In this document: in pieces, positions 25,616 to 39,412 of the stretch
Numbering within the stretch: the stretch's first letter is position 1
Layout of the letters: every line of letters begins with the position of its first letter
Assembly: GCA_964234715.1 (NCBI GenBank)
Contig: OZ174280.1
Origin: Podarcis melisellensis
Lineage: Eukaryota
Reading direction: 5' to 3' (one strand)
DNA length: 64,000 bases
Made by a program: the position numbers and the translations under genes
Notes under the pieces: generated by a model
Seen by the model: the letters and a program-made list of their open reading frames with translations, nothing else
What the model was told of the DNA's origin: nothing
Database searches by the model: none

Positions 25616-28241
25616 ATGGTTTCTTTGGGAGAAACAAACCATAAGCACTGGTTCACATAGAAGACAATGGCAGCCTCTGGTTTGTTTCCTCCTTGACACA
25701 CCAAAGGAAGGAGCAGGGGGAAGAGTACAATAGGGACTTTTGAGCAGTATGCTCCAGCACACTGCTCATTCGCATAAAGCACTTGTTTAATTTAAACTAT
25801 GGTTAAACATGTACAAACCAGGTCATTATCTGTGTGGGGATTTTTCAGATTTGAGACATCATATCGGGCCTTTCTATTTTTCCAAATGCATCACAACCCA
25901 AGTTCTAACAGTGACAATTCAGATCCAAGGGTAGCAGTGAAGGCAAAGGAAAACACAGGTGGGTACAGCAGACTTGCGTAGAGAAATAAATATATGGTAT
26001 TGCCTAACAAAGGAGGGTTATATAAAATGGGTGGGGGGGGGAGCAGAAGAAGCTGGGTAACAGATTTGATTCATGGTAATGGGAAATATTGTAGGTGGTA
26101 CCTCAAAAGAGGATGCAAAGTTCTCCAAGGAGCAACCAAGGATTCATATTTATCTGGTACATAGCTAGAACAAACAAGTACAAAAGGCTTCCTAACACAT
26201 TATTCAATGTCCTGAAAACCACAGAGAACATGAGAGACTGAGGCCTGCCCAGGCTTGTCCCAGCTTGTGTACAATGCATTAAGTAATGGTTTATAGCATG
26301 ATGTGTTTTTGCAAAACATCACAAAGTTTTCCCAGGGAAAGTGGCAGGACTAAAACAAAAACAAAAAACAAAAAAAGCCCACACAAAACCCTCTCAGAGC
26401 CCTGATTAGAAAGCATGGGACAAATGGAAGAAATCATGGGATGAGCCCTAAGTCAGGCTCATTAATTTCAATGCGTTTACTCTGAGTAAAACTTAGTTGA
26501 ATACCACCCAGCTTGAAGCTTATGTGACTTACCAACTATGGTGGTAGTATATTTCTTCTACCGGTAAATTATTTTGCGAAAAAGGAAAACATACACATCT
26601 AACTGACCTAATTATTATAATATTGCACACAACCAGGTACTCTGTTGGATTTTAAGTAAATGTTATTAGTGACATATGACAAGTGAAACAGTGTCAAGTC
26701 TTAAATGAGCAGCAATTCAATGAAGTCAATTCCTAGCTTATATAGCAGTTTATTTTCTTGGGCCAAGTTCATCCTGGATCACTAAAACATAGACATTTGA
26801 TAGTACCTAATGTAAAAACTTGTGCATTTCAAACTTCGCAAAAAAGCAGAGCTCATCAAGACTGTATGCACACTTCATTATAGGAATGATTCACTCAGAG
26901 AAACTGTGAAAGGGTTTAATGGTTGGCTTCATGACTTTAAAATCAATGGTAATTTTTCCTCCTTGTGAATCAAACTGGAATTGCGCTATTAAACCATAAC
27001 CTAATGGCTTTATCAGAACGCCAGTAGGAAGTAACATGTATAAGCAGCTTTCAAGTTATTGACAATAAATTAAAAATATCCTGAATAGCACTAATGGAAG
27101 ATTATCACAGCCACGCAGAGTTGAAGCTCTGCCAACAGTATAATGAAGATAGTCTCTATATTCGTAGCCAACAGACCTTTCTCAGACTCTCTCTGGGTCT
27201 TCTCACATTAAGTGCTCAATTCCGCAATACTTACTTACAACAAAAGTTTGATCACAGGAGGACATGCAAATGTATTAGAGGACACCCTCTCTTTTAATTC
27301 CACCCAAATAAGTGAATATAAGTTATTTTGGTTCCCCAGCCACCCTAAAATCAGGTTGTCTTCAAAGCTGGGAATGGAGTATAAAAAATGTGCATTTGGC
27401 GTCAGGATCTTTGGGGCAGAGGCCCAAACTCACACGATACCAGGGCCCATGAACATTTAGGCCCCAGAGCCATCTTTCTTACATATAAGTAGATAAAAGT
27501 GTTGTCATGCTATAGTTTGCTTGGCCACAGATAGGGAGCACTGAAAAAAAAAATTATGATGAGGGGCAGTGGATGGGAAGTCCAGGCAAGTCATAGAAGG
27601 GCGGGCAGAGCAGACTGCAGCCTTGAACCGCCCCCCTCCACTGACTCCTCTGCTTGCCAGCAACAGGGATCTTGCCCCTAGGATCCAGATCCCCAAGCCA
27701 GCTAGCCCTGTGCTAGCTACCTTCTTCCTCCCTGGCCAGTCTCAAAATCCACTGCTGTTTCCACCACCGTTTAGCATCAAGAGCCACGCAGGGGTGAGGA
27801 AGGCACCCAGAAGTGCCAGCTAGCCTTGAGATCCAGAGCAATGGCATTGAAGTGGAAAGGAACAAGGCAGACACCCAGAAGTGGTAGCTGCCTGTCCTTG
27901 GAATCCATGGAAAGTGGAAGGTCTAAGCTGCCCCACCTTGGCCCTTTCATCCTCTGAAAGAAAAACAAACATGTCCAACTACTCTCCCTAACAAAGTCAG
28001 TACTTCTCAATTTGCCTCCCTCAGTGCAGCCTCTAGGACCTCTGTAGTCATCTTCCAGCATCTTTCGTCTGTCATGATGTGCTATCTGAACAATCGCCAG
28101 TGTTCCAGCTCCCTTAGAAAATCTTAAGGGCTTTTTTGCTTTTTACCTCCATTTCTTCAAGTGTCTCTCACCGCAGCTTTTTAATTACACTACTTTCCAG
28201 CTTGACTTACACACAATGTTTTTACTTCCCTCCCAACCTCT

Positions 28242-28449
28242 AGGTACTGCTTCGGTGGAAAGGTAAACGGCGTTTCTGTGTGCTGCTCTGGTTCTCCAGA
28301 AGCGGCTTAGTCATGCTGGCCACATGACCCGGAAGCTGTCTGCGGACAAACGCCGGCTCCCATGGCCTATAGAGCGAGATGAGTGCCGCAACCCCAGAGT
28401 CGGTCACAACTGGACCTAATGGTCAGGGGTCCCTTTACCTTTACCTTTA
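28242..28449 (+). mobile_element. 5'-truncated Sauria SINE
   Basis: 3' half of the SINE with an (ACCTTT)n tail. Perfect 9-bp TSD CCAACCTCT at 28233-28241 and 28450-28458. Confidence 0.93.
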
Positions 28450-31400
28450 CCAACCTCTTAGCCCATCATTAGAAGTGTACTGTAGACTCCTGCTTAAAGT
28501 TTCTGGGTTTTTCCCTTAACTGTCATGTTCCAAGGCTGAACCTTTGACCGTCCTGTGCAAAACTTCCAGAACATTCCCTAGTACTTTTAACCTTCATGTG
28601 AGTTTTTGAGCCTCTAAAGCAAAAGCTATTGTTGGACAAGTTTTAACAGGAAATGCAAACTCAAAATGTTTGAAAGGCCTATTCTCAGGGGCAAATACTG
28701 ATTTCCTGTTACGTTCATATCATTTGAGGAATCTACCAATACATCATTATGATGTTTTTTCAAAAGTTATGAGCAATTTTAATTGACTCAAAAGTGCCAG
28801 GTGCCCCATTGGCCTTTGTGCTTTGACATTCTCCCTGTTCACTACTGGCAGCTGATTTACCATGCATTCCCTTTTCCTGTTAAAAGCACTACTGTGGGAA
28901 AAAGTCCACTTTGTAGCTATTCTAATGGAAGGAGCAAGACACTAATTGCATGGACTTCAAAATTGCATTAGGCTAAATGAAACTACAGGGTTGACAAAGA
29001 GGGAATAGAATTATACTGGAGGCTTTTGGAACAAATGGTGATTCAATTAACGATGCTAACATATAAAAGCTTTCAATAGAATAGAAGGAAGATAGGAAAG
29101 GCAAATATCAGATCACACGATATACAGAATGAAAGGGGAAAAAGTATAATATACAAGTATACTTTTGATACAATAATGATAAAAAAAATCCTCCAACATA
29201 TTCACAGAACCCTGTCCAAATCAAATAGGCAATGTCAAAATGATACAACGGCACACATCAAATGTAGTTGTTCTGTCCTCCTTAAACTTACATTTCATTT
29301 GCAAACAGCCTGATCCCGTTTTGCAAAGCCAAAATGCTTTCACCTGATCTCTTATAGCCATTGGCATGAGGCAACAGTTTCTAAACTTGATGTAGCCTTG
29401 CTTTGGCTATGTACAGGAGGAATAATAATCTTCCCATGCTTTTAGGGGGAAGTGTGACAGAGACCAAAAGAGGATGCCATAGGACAGAGCAGGGAATCTT
29501 TCTTTAGCTCAGTGGGCCAGATCCTTATCGGGACCAGTCTCGCGGGCCAAATTTGACAGGTGGGTGATACCATCTGCCAATTAAATGACATAAATATGAT
29601 GTCACATGATTGACAGGTAGGTGCGGCCATGCACCTGTAAAAATCCCTCCGGCAGTTTTGCAACTCTCCGTCTACTCCCCATTTAAACCCCTAATTCCGG
29701 ATGTTAGGGTGAGCATGGGAAGCTTTGCAAAGGCTTTAAAGCAACCCCTGTGTTCCTGCTTGAGTGTCAAAAAAACAGAAGACAGGCCTAAATGTACATT
29801 CCCAATATTGAATGTAACTTCATTGTACTCTAGGTAGTGTCAGGTGAATGTGACTTAGGCCCCAAAGTCCTTGGCAGATAACAGGAATCCACACCTACTT
29901 TGCAGTTGGCCTTGCTGGCCTCCTTCTGGGCCCACCTGTAGAGCAACATCAGTGATGAATTGCATTTTGCATATAATAGGTTGTCAAGACAGCGCCACAC
30001 CCTTAAGACATTTTACATGTATACTTACTGTATTTTTAACAGGGCAGTGGAGGTTAATATTATTTTTCCATCCAGGTATATTTGTGTAACATTAAATATC
30101 ACTCACTGCATGGCAAAGTATTGTTCTAATTAACCAAAACTGAGCAAAAGAAATAATGTAGTAAAACTGCAGCTGTGGGGCTACTTGGCTAGTGCAATTT
30201 CTACTTAGAAAAATAAGCTGCTGTCTCCAGAAGAGTGACTTTCAAAATAACCTAAAGAAAAAGGACAGCGCTTTCGTCTCACAGGTATTAATGATGGAAC
30301 ATGATAGTAAGCTCTGATCTATCACATCAGAAGCAGCCAGCCTGGAAGAGAAAAGGAATGAAAATACAAGAGGCACTAAAAGAAAGCAAGGGAGGTCACT
30401 AAAATAGTGTAGCTTTGGCAGTCACCTGGGATGCATTAGAGGAAAAAAGCATAGATCTTGGAAATCTTCCATTACTGTATCTTGAGATACAGAAAAAGTA
30501 CTCTTTTAATGCACAAAATACATATGGAACACACACAAACATACAACAAAAAGCAAATCTATCAGCACTGATCCAATTTACCCAATTACGGCAAGGAGCA
30601 AGAACGGTGTTATTCCCATGTACTTTTTGGTTGTTGATGTAGCTAGGAGGTTTGCCAAGCCAAAATAAACTAAAATATTTAGCCCAATATATGTTGCATT
30701 TTGGATTCTTATTTGTAAACCACAACACATTATGTGTAAATCAGGCTTCATCTGAAGCACCGCTCTCAATATCCAGTTTCCTGGGAAAAACACCACCAAA
30801 TTTCAGTGAGATAGCACCACTAATGAACTATGTTAGGGTTACATTTTCAACATATCCATCCTCAGCTGGGAGGCATTTCATCTGCAACACAGAAGATGAT
30901 CTCACTCTCTACACACATACGTAACTATGTACAAGCTGATACTGGATTGCATAAAAAATAAAGTTCCCCGAGATCAAATAGATGGTTCTCTCTGGTTCAG
31001 TCCATTAGCAGGAAGGATGTACTCCTCCAGTTGCTGGACTGCTAAAACTGTATGCAATCTGAGCAAATATTTACAAATGCAGCAGAGGAACTGTTGCTCA
31101 AGCATTTATGTAAAAGCTACTAGCCGTCATGATGGCTATACAGAATCTGCATACCCAGGGGCACCATGCCTCAGTGTACCAGTTTCTGGAGATCAACAGT
31201 TGGAGAACAGTTGCCTTCATGTCCTGCTTGTGAGCTTTCCAGTAGCATCTGGCTGAACACCTGGGAAGCAGGATGAGAACCTCTCCACTCACACCAGGGC
31301 AACTGTGAAGGTCAGCAGTGTTACAAAAGTTAATTGTTTCTGACAGAACAACCAAGTTGTTGAGGGGCTGGGGCGGGCAGGCAGAAATTGCTTGGAGGAT

Positions 31401-32336
31401 ATATATGAACTGTGGGCCACTGGTTAGTTACCCGTGGTAGATTTAAAAATATGGCATTTTTCATTTGTTTTCACACATGTTCAGACTAGGTTAGCAATTT
31501 CTTTCCACCATTTGTCTATATGCCACCATAAACTTTATCATTTTAGAGTTAAAAGAGAAACCTTGCTTAAATTGTGTGGACATTTTGCTTATAGCTTTTG
31601 ACACATTGCTTAAAGCTTTCTACAGAATGACCCTCCGATTCTTTCCACTCAGCATACATTTCAGCTATTTCTCACATGGAAACCACTTTTCTAATTACCT
31701 GCATTGACAAAAGGAGCTTTTATTATGGACACAGGAGGAAACCTGGGATATGATTATGTTTGATTAAGCTTCACTATGACTGAAGCTGACTGTTTGACAG
31801 CTACCTAAAATTCTGAAACCAGAGGTCAGAAATGTGAAGGCATCAACTAATATCTACTGAAGTCTGACTGGTTCCATGCTGCAGCCCTATAGCACTACCA
31901 GGCAGTACTGGAAATAGATCTAAAAGGAGGTTCCACACAGTATTTAATATTGTGTTATACCATCCAGGAATGTCTTTTACCATGGTCAATATCCATTATG
32001 TTTATTCACAGGCAAGTCCTGTTCAGCAAAGGCTCTTTTCAAGGATAATTAAAAGCTTCCTGCTTAGGGTTGTAGCCATTTTATTGCTTTATATTCAGTG
32101 GTGCTGAAGGATTAGTGAATTGCCCCTTAATTTCCTCATCTGTAAGCTTCCTTTCATTTTTAAAAATAGTGAAATAGAAAACAGGAAGCTTCGGGTAAAG
32201 ATGAAGTAGCCCTGAAAGATGTCAATAGAAATTGTCTACATTAGACTGGCTGGCAATGCAATTGTGTTTTTATTGCCACTCCCCCAACTGAAAAAACCCT
32301 TGGGAAACAGAAAAAAGTTACTGGAATACATTGACC

Positions 32337-32735
32337 TAGAATCATAGAATCATAGAATTGAATCATAGAGTTGGAAGAGACCACAAGGGCCATCGAGTCC
32401 AACCCCCTGCCAAGCAGGAAACACCATCAGAACACTCCTGACATATGGTTGTCAAGCCTCTGCTTAAAGACCTCCAAAGAAGGAGACTCCACCACACTCC
32501 TTGGCAGCAAATTCCACTGTCAAACAGCTCTTACTGTCAGGAAGTTCTTCCTAATGTTTAGGTGGAATCTTCTTTCTTGTAGTTTGGATCCATTGCTCCG
32601 TGTCCGCTTCTCTGGAGCAGCAGAAAGCAACCTTTCTCCCTCCTCTATGTGACATCCTTTTATATATTTGAACATGGCTATCATATCACCCCTTAACCTC
32701 CTCTTCTCCAGGCTAAACATGCCCAGCTCCCTTAT
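32337..32735 (-). mobile_element. CR1 LINE 3' fragment (ORF2 C-terminus, 3' UTR and octamer tail)
   Basis: RELGMFSLEKRRLRGDMIAMFKYIKG...FLTVRAV*QWNLLPRSVVESPSLEVFKQRLD, with an (ATTCTATG)n tail. The internal TGA is probably CpG decay of CGA. Confidence 0.95.
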
Positions 32736-33434
32736 CCTAATGATGTTCATTTGAATTCTTCATAAAACAGAGTGGCAACATAGAAGCAACCTATACAAGG
32801 CACTTTCGAGACACACAAATAGGATATAAGGCAATATTCTGTAAAGGTAAATTGCTCCAATTCTCAGATTGTGACTTCATTTGAAATTATGAGTATGCCA
32901 CATAGCTCTGCGGATGTCTTGCAGACAAATCCACCACATTATATTATCTAAAATCTTTTTCATGAATACCCAGACATAAAGCCAATCAGAAATTCACATG
33001 TGCTCATGCAACAGCTGGCAGCATAATGAGCAGTGCACACGCACACAAAGGGAAACATGAATGCGCAGACAGCAACACGTAGCCTATAGTTTTTATTATT
33101 AAGTCTAGATGGAAAACCATGGGCCTCTGCCCTTTTTATAGATATCTTCCAAAACCAAGCTTGTTTCATTAAAAGAAAAGTTATGCCAATATTTTTTTCC
33201 TTTGTTTGTTTTAGCTGAACACAGTCTAAAGAACCTCATTAAGAGAGAATACATTTCACTTTGGTACTTGTATAATAAGGGCAGAGTGCACATCGTCAGT
33301 GAAGAGATGGATGACATTTTCTCCATGCATGGCATAATTCCTCCATCTGAAGCAGCAGCACGCAAAGGCAGTAAGGCTTGGAATGGAACGTGCCTCCAAA
33401 ATGCAGCACATTGTGGGGCTGAACCCCATCTCAC

Positions 33435-33575
33435 CTGGACTTGTCTGAAAGGTTACGTTCGAGCTGATAGTATCATTCCCTTTGAGAAAAACCCGCACTA
33501 TGTACTTCTCCCCAGGAGTCAGGTCAACCAGCTCCAGAAAGCCTTTAGCAGGGGAAGATTTCACTGTTTTGTTAC
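33435..33575 (-). CDS. NFASC: Neurofascin exon, FNIII-5 second half
   Basis: tctcag|GT AAC AAA...AGT CCA G|gtgag. 141 nt, phase 1->1. SNKTVKSSPAKGFLELVDLTPGEKYIVRVFLKGNDTISSNVTFQTSP, with the FNIII L-x-P-x-x-x-Y motif. Confidence 0.9.
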
Positions 33576-35432
33576 CTGAGAAACAGAAACTTCATATCAA
33601 AGGCAGCTAGCAGGAAATGCAGATTACTCTGTAAGCAAACATCCCTAATGCCAGGTCCAGCTACTGACTCGACACATGTCCCTGCCGATGACACCACTGA
33701 CTAACACAGAGTGAACACCCAGAGTTTCTGGCACCATCAGTTCAAAGTTGAAGGGCTCGTTTACAGAAGCTCACTCCACTTGTATGTAGGAGAATTATAT
33801 TTTCCAGACACCATTTAATCTAACGGAGCACCTGCTTTGGCATCGTAAGGCAGCCAGCAACCAGATGGAAGCTTATCACATTACTGGTTCAGCGATTTTG
33901 CATAAAACTAGAATTGGGGGGGGGGGAGAACCAGAAAAAGAGGGAAGACTTTGTACAGCCATCTCTGGGAAATTCTTACTTGGAACAGAAAGCGACTGGC
34001 ATAGGCTTTTTGCAACTCGCAAGTGCCAGATGTGCCGAATCAGTAACAACAGCAACCCTTTCTTTGGCAGCATGCTTCTAATGCACTAGAATTGCCTTTT
34101 CTGAATTAACCTCAACACATTTTGCAAAAGATGTAGGAAAAGTCACTTCTAAACTCTTATTAAGAGCATGCACACAGATCACAACATTAAAATTATATTA
34201 AAGGTACACTGCTAAAAGCATTCAAACATAAAGTGAATAAAAAAGAACCCTGTTTGCAAACTCCAATGTAGATACCCTATGAAATTGCAAGTATTCCAAT
34301 ACTTCAGGAGTTTTGGAAGTGCTTGGATGCTGTGTTAACTTAACCTTAGCAAATCATTAGGCATGGAAGTCCCTAATCGGCAATGTTACAGACGTGTATG
34401 AATCTACAAATATACTTTTGCTAGCAATGGCTAGGTTAATGAGAGCACCAGGCCTGAGAATTGAAATCACTGGAGTCCTTTAAAGAAAATCTAAGCAGCT
34501 GGTTTTGACAAACCTAATTTATCAAAGTACTACAAAACTGGAAGCATGAGAAGCTTCCCAAAGAAAAGAAGATTCCCTTTCCCACTCTGTGACAATGCAG
34601 CAGCCAGCTGAGCGGAATACACAGGAATCCTCCAAATCATATCCACACAATGGGTCTTACATTGACTGCCTACTATTTAATCATGCTTGATGCAAATTCC
34701 TAAAGGGCCAGTTCTTGATTACTTAATTTAAAAATCTAAACACAATACTGTATTGATAATTTTATGGAACCAACACCTAGAACAGGACTTGGCCCAGCAA
34801 ACTAAAACCAAGGAAAGCAGGTTTAGGGCACATGTATAACTTGCCCCCAAAGCTATAAGGTTGACAGTCAATGTTTAATTCTGTGACCAGCACATAACCA
34901 CTTAAAAACTGCAGGTAGCATGCCAGCAGGAAGTAGAGTGAGGTATGAATGGCTTGAAAACAAAATTTATGTAGATAACTAATTATAAATCTCCAACTAA
35001 AACAAAATGTGAGCATTACTATTAACCCCCAAATTATTTGCTATAGAGGGGATCTATAGATTTTTGTATCTATTTCTGCTTCATTCTACGGCACTTACAG
35101 CCATCACAGATTCACTTAGGGCAGTGTTTTTTAAAAAGCAGGTCCTTTTTAGGATGTGTTATTCTGAATCCTCCACTGAAAGGAGTCGGCAGTTATTGTG
35201 TTTAAGAGAACAGCAACATAAAACACAGTGTCAATATAATCTGAAGGACAAGTTAAATGCCATGCCTTTGGTCCCCCCCCCCCAAAAAAAAATCCTCCAT
35301 GCACAAATTAAGCAGTACAATTAGTTACACTATAATGAACATTGCATGAAAGGTCCATTAAACCTCTGAGAGATGACAGAATCTCTGGTGACATTAAGGA
35401 CCCTGCAGAATTCTCGAGCTCCCAATGCTTAC

Positions 35433-35552
35433 TGTTGATATACTCAACCACAAACTCAGTTTCAGGATCAAATGTGTGGTTCCAGGTGATGTTTGCCCAG
35501 TTACTGTTAGGTGAAGCTTTTACATCCCAGATAGGCTGCTTTGCACCACCAG
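35433..35552 (-). CDS. NFASC: Neurofascin exon, FNIII-5 first half
   Basis: ccag|CT GGT GGT...ATC AAC A|gtaagc. 120 nt, phase 1->1. [41 protein letters not shown] branch-like ctaac lies upstream. Confidence 0.94.
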
Positions 35553-35928
35553 CTGGCGAACAGGTTAGAACAGAGGTTAGTAAACTGGATTATGAACAGA
35601 GAGATGCATTCTAACTGCAGGCCCAGATTTAAATGAATTGTTTTCCTTAGAAGGAAATGCAGAACATCCTCCTCCTCCCCACCCCCACCAGGTATAGCAC
35701 ACAACAGACTGTGGATGCTTCAACATTACCTCACATAACACAAACAAAAAAACATTGCAAAGCCATTTCAATTCATACGTCACTTTAGTAATGAAAAGAA
35801 CTTTTTTGGGGGTATATCTAAATATATCCTTTGCAACAGCAAGGTTTGCATATAAATTACATATTAAAATATACACCTGGATATATGCCCATGCTAATAC
35901 TCTCTTCAGCCATAGCCATTTTCTCGTG

Positions 35929-36032
35929 CAGCCTTGAACAACCTGGTGCCCCCTAGATGTTTTGAACTATTACCAAAGATGATGGGAGTTGTAGTCCAAA
36001 ACATCTAGAGGGCACCAGGTTGGTGAAGGTTG
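35929..36032. mobile_element. Short palindromic MITE
   Basis: aacctggtgccccctagatgtttt...aaaacatctagagggcaccaggtt inverted arms. Confidence 0.75.
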
Positions 36033-37925
36033 TCGTTGCACCAGCAAATTGAGAGGTACACCATTTTCAAAATGGCCAACGATAGAGACATCAATCTTTC
36101 TGCCAAATTATCTTGGAAGAAAGATAATGGCCCTAGATGGCCGTCATGTGTCCATACATCTATAAGAGAACAAATCACCTTAGGAATTTTAGTGCCACAA
36201 ACTAATGAGCCACTTGCCTGTCAAAAGCAACACTCTACAGGGCAGGGTCAACTCAGCTGCCTAATTCTTACAGTGCAGAAGGTTATGTTCCCAGCCCTTA
36301 TGCCAATTCCTACTTTGCAGGATTATAGAAATCCCACATAGCAGCTCCTGATGGTCTACGTAACTAGACAGGCAGAGATTTGTTAATGATGATCTGTTTT
36401 AACACTGCACCAAACCAAGGTGAAATTCATTGCCAATTCTCACTGTTTTAAAATTGAGAAAATACTGGAAAGCAAAATATTCTTGTCACTATTCTGGATA
36501 GTGGGTAACAGAATTAGCTGTTTTTAGGTCAAGTTAGTTTGTGACAACATCAGTTTAACTGGCTTCAATCCATTAGTTTAGAAACTCTGACTATTGCATT
36601 AGGCTTCAAGTCTATACATACTTACCTGGGAGTAAGTCCCACTGAATTCAGTTGGAGTAAGTCCCATTGAACTCAGTGGAACTTACTTCTGAATAGACAC
36701 ACAGAGAATTGTTCTATTAGTTATTATAACATGATAAAGTGAAAACAATTCAATATATCTTTGACATGAGAGCACATTCTTCAACAATACAGCTACTTTA
36801 TGACTTAGAAAATGCCAGTTTCCTCCTCAGCTATACTTTTACGTCTTTACGAAAAGCTATTTCTAACAATAACAGTTCAGTTTTAAAAATGTCTATAATT
36901 TCATATCTTGATCCATCAATTGCCACTGCATGCTCATTCATGCAACATTTAGTTTTGAGCCACAGCTGAGAAATCCTTGCATCAATAAATTGCAAGCCAG
37001 GCACCAAGTTCATATGCCTGTGCTTAGAATATACATGAGCATTCCCATTGACTCCAATGAGACTCCATGCATGCAAGAAATTTGAAGCTGGGCTTAATCG
37101 GAACTACTTGAGTTTGCTTTAACTTCTCTTCAGGAGTATAAATTTACTGCAAACCATACTACATGGTTGTTTGTTTTTAAAGTGGCTAAGCAAAATGAGG
37201 CATTGTGCCCCAGTGGTCAGTCAAAGACCTTTTTCTGGATGTGTTCCTATTTCAGATTGAGGTATTTATATGCAGTAGATGTGGACTTGGTTAAATATCT
37301 GTTCCAGTAAGTTTGACACGTTGCATTTTTCATACAGGGTAACCAAATATTTGCATAGTGAACATTTGGATGTGCACATCATTTGTTGGTAGGGACCTAG
37401 CATGATCTCTCTGCAGCAGCCCTAAGAAGCAGTTCTCTTATGTAAAGATTTTTTTTTAAACGCTGAAAAGCATCATATGGTATTTGCCAAGTCCCATAAT
37501 GAAACAGATGCATTAATTAATGCAACCACTGCTTTTACTACATTGTAGGGATGACAGCCAATTTAGCCCACTATATTTTGTTATAGTGTATTTGCTGTAG
37601 CTGCTTATCCTAGCCTACAGAAAGCAAGGAAAACTCTTGTGTTATACATGTGCATAAACAAAGCTGACCTGTCTCTCTGAAGAGCAAATTAATCTAAAGT
37701 AACTTTATCACGACAACATACTGAGACCTTGAATGCACAACCCAAGGATTACTTTTCATTTGCTGCTAATCTTTTATCACAGCACTGAGAAACTCTACGT
37801 GTTGGATGGTTTTCAAAGCAACCATACCTTGATGTTAAGCCTGAATTACAGGCTTAAAAACCCCCTGACAAGATCCAGGTATGGATTGGACGACTAATAG
37901 AAAAGGAAAGATGAAAACACAGTAC

Positions 37926-38147
37926 CAGAATCCTCTACTGGGATACCTATTGTGCTAGCAATAATTGTGGTGATGGCTGCTTCTGTGGTGGTTGGAGCTT
38001 CTGTGGTGGTTGGAGCTTCGGTAGTGGTTGGAGCTTCTGTGGTCGTGGTTGTGGTGGTAGCTTCTGTGGTGGTTGTGATAGTAGTAGCTTCTGTGGTGGT
38101 GGTGGCCACAATGGTAGTAGGGCTGATGGTTGTTGGAGAGATTACAA
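37926..38147 (-). CDS. NFASC: Neurofascin mucin-like PAT exon (NF186-type)
   Basis: ttccttctcccag|TT GTA ATC...GAT TCT G|gtactg. 222 nt, phase 1->1. Thr/Ala/Pro-rich VVISPTTISPTTIVATTTTEA...(TTTEAP)n...IPVEDS. Confidence 0.92.
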
Positions 38148-39154
38148 CTGGGAGAAGGAAGTGTAAAAACTACATTTTGAAAAGTATTTAGATTTTCCAG
38201 TTCTTTGGCTTTGTCATTCCCTGAAGCTAGGCGCGCATGCAAGATATGGCAAAGTGGATCAAGTCACACACACACAAACAAACAAACAAACACAAAACAT
38301 ACAATTGAGGGGCAAAAAGAACGAAGCCATCTGCAAAGAGGACAACAAAGCCTGAGTTTCACTTTCTTTCCTCGGCACACTTTTGACTAACAACAGCTAA
38401 TGCAATTCAGCTGCAGAGTGGGCAGGTGTGGGAGAGTCCTGGAATCCATCAAAAAAAGGCGCATGCAAAACCTTCTGTAGGCAAGTGCACTGTAAACATA
38501 TGGGCAAAGCAGCAGAAAGTGGGAGGCATTGACTTAAAACAAATACTTGCCCACAAACATGCTATTTGTTTTTAGGTTCCATTCACTGACTGAACAGAAT
38601 GCTTCTCTTGGTTGTGAGAGCATTAGGGCACTCCAGCCCCTGTGGACAGCAAATATAGGCTTAACTGGATTGAAAAGCAAGAAAATGCATACATATCTCC
38701 GTGAGAGAACATGAGAATGGGCCTGACTCCTCAAAATGAAGCAACTTGTATGCTACAGCAAGTAAAGTTTGACTCCCTTGATACTGAAATAGGAAACTTC
38801 AAGGAACAATGCAGAACAAGAAACTGTAATTCAGCCTTTTAACGTTAAGACATGTGGAAACAACAAACAATGAACTTAACTTCTAAGTGGTTTTCACCAT
38901 TCTAAAGCTACTATGTTTAAAACATATCTATTTTAAGACTCAGTAGGTTGCCAAATAATACATCTAAAGAAAATACATAATACAGTTTCACGTGTGAATG
39001 CACTTATAATGTGATCCTGTATATATCTGGGCCTTACTCCCAGGTAAACTGATCACAGCTTTAACTCATGAACATGTGTTTGCTTTTCAAACATATATAA
39101 GAAATAAATAAAAATAGCCTTTATGTATCCCCCTGAATATTTCTGATATTTCCT

Positions 39155-39412
39155 ATGGTGGCTTCCTGCTTCTGGAATACTCTCCCCAGGGAGTTCACCT
39201 GGAACCTTCGTTACCTATCTTTAGTGGCCAGGCAAAAACGTTCCTATTCACCCAAGTCTTTGGCTAATTAAACAATCTATGGCCTTTTAAAGTGTGTATG
39301 GGGTAGTTATTCTTTCTGTTTGTTATTATGGTATGTATTTTTGTGTTTTTATATTGTAAACCACCCTGTGATCTTTGGATGAAGTACGGTATAGAAATTT
39401 TATAAATAATAG
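39155..39412 (+). mobile_element. L2-type LINE 3' fragment
   Basis: tggtggcttcctgcttctggaatactctccccaggga...ttgtaaaccaccctgtgatc...cggtatagaaattttataaataa. Confidence 0.6.

Noticed and set aside
32371-32750. ORFs 32520-32750(-) and 32371-32652(+) as genes
   Set aside because: A truncated CR1 ORF2 remnant with an internal stop, and its antisense frame.
37952-38242. Val-rich plus-strand ORF (37952-38191) and His-rich alternate-frame ORF (37955-38242)
   Set aside because: These are antisense and shifted-frame shadows of the Thr-rich PAT repeat exon.
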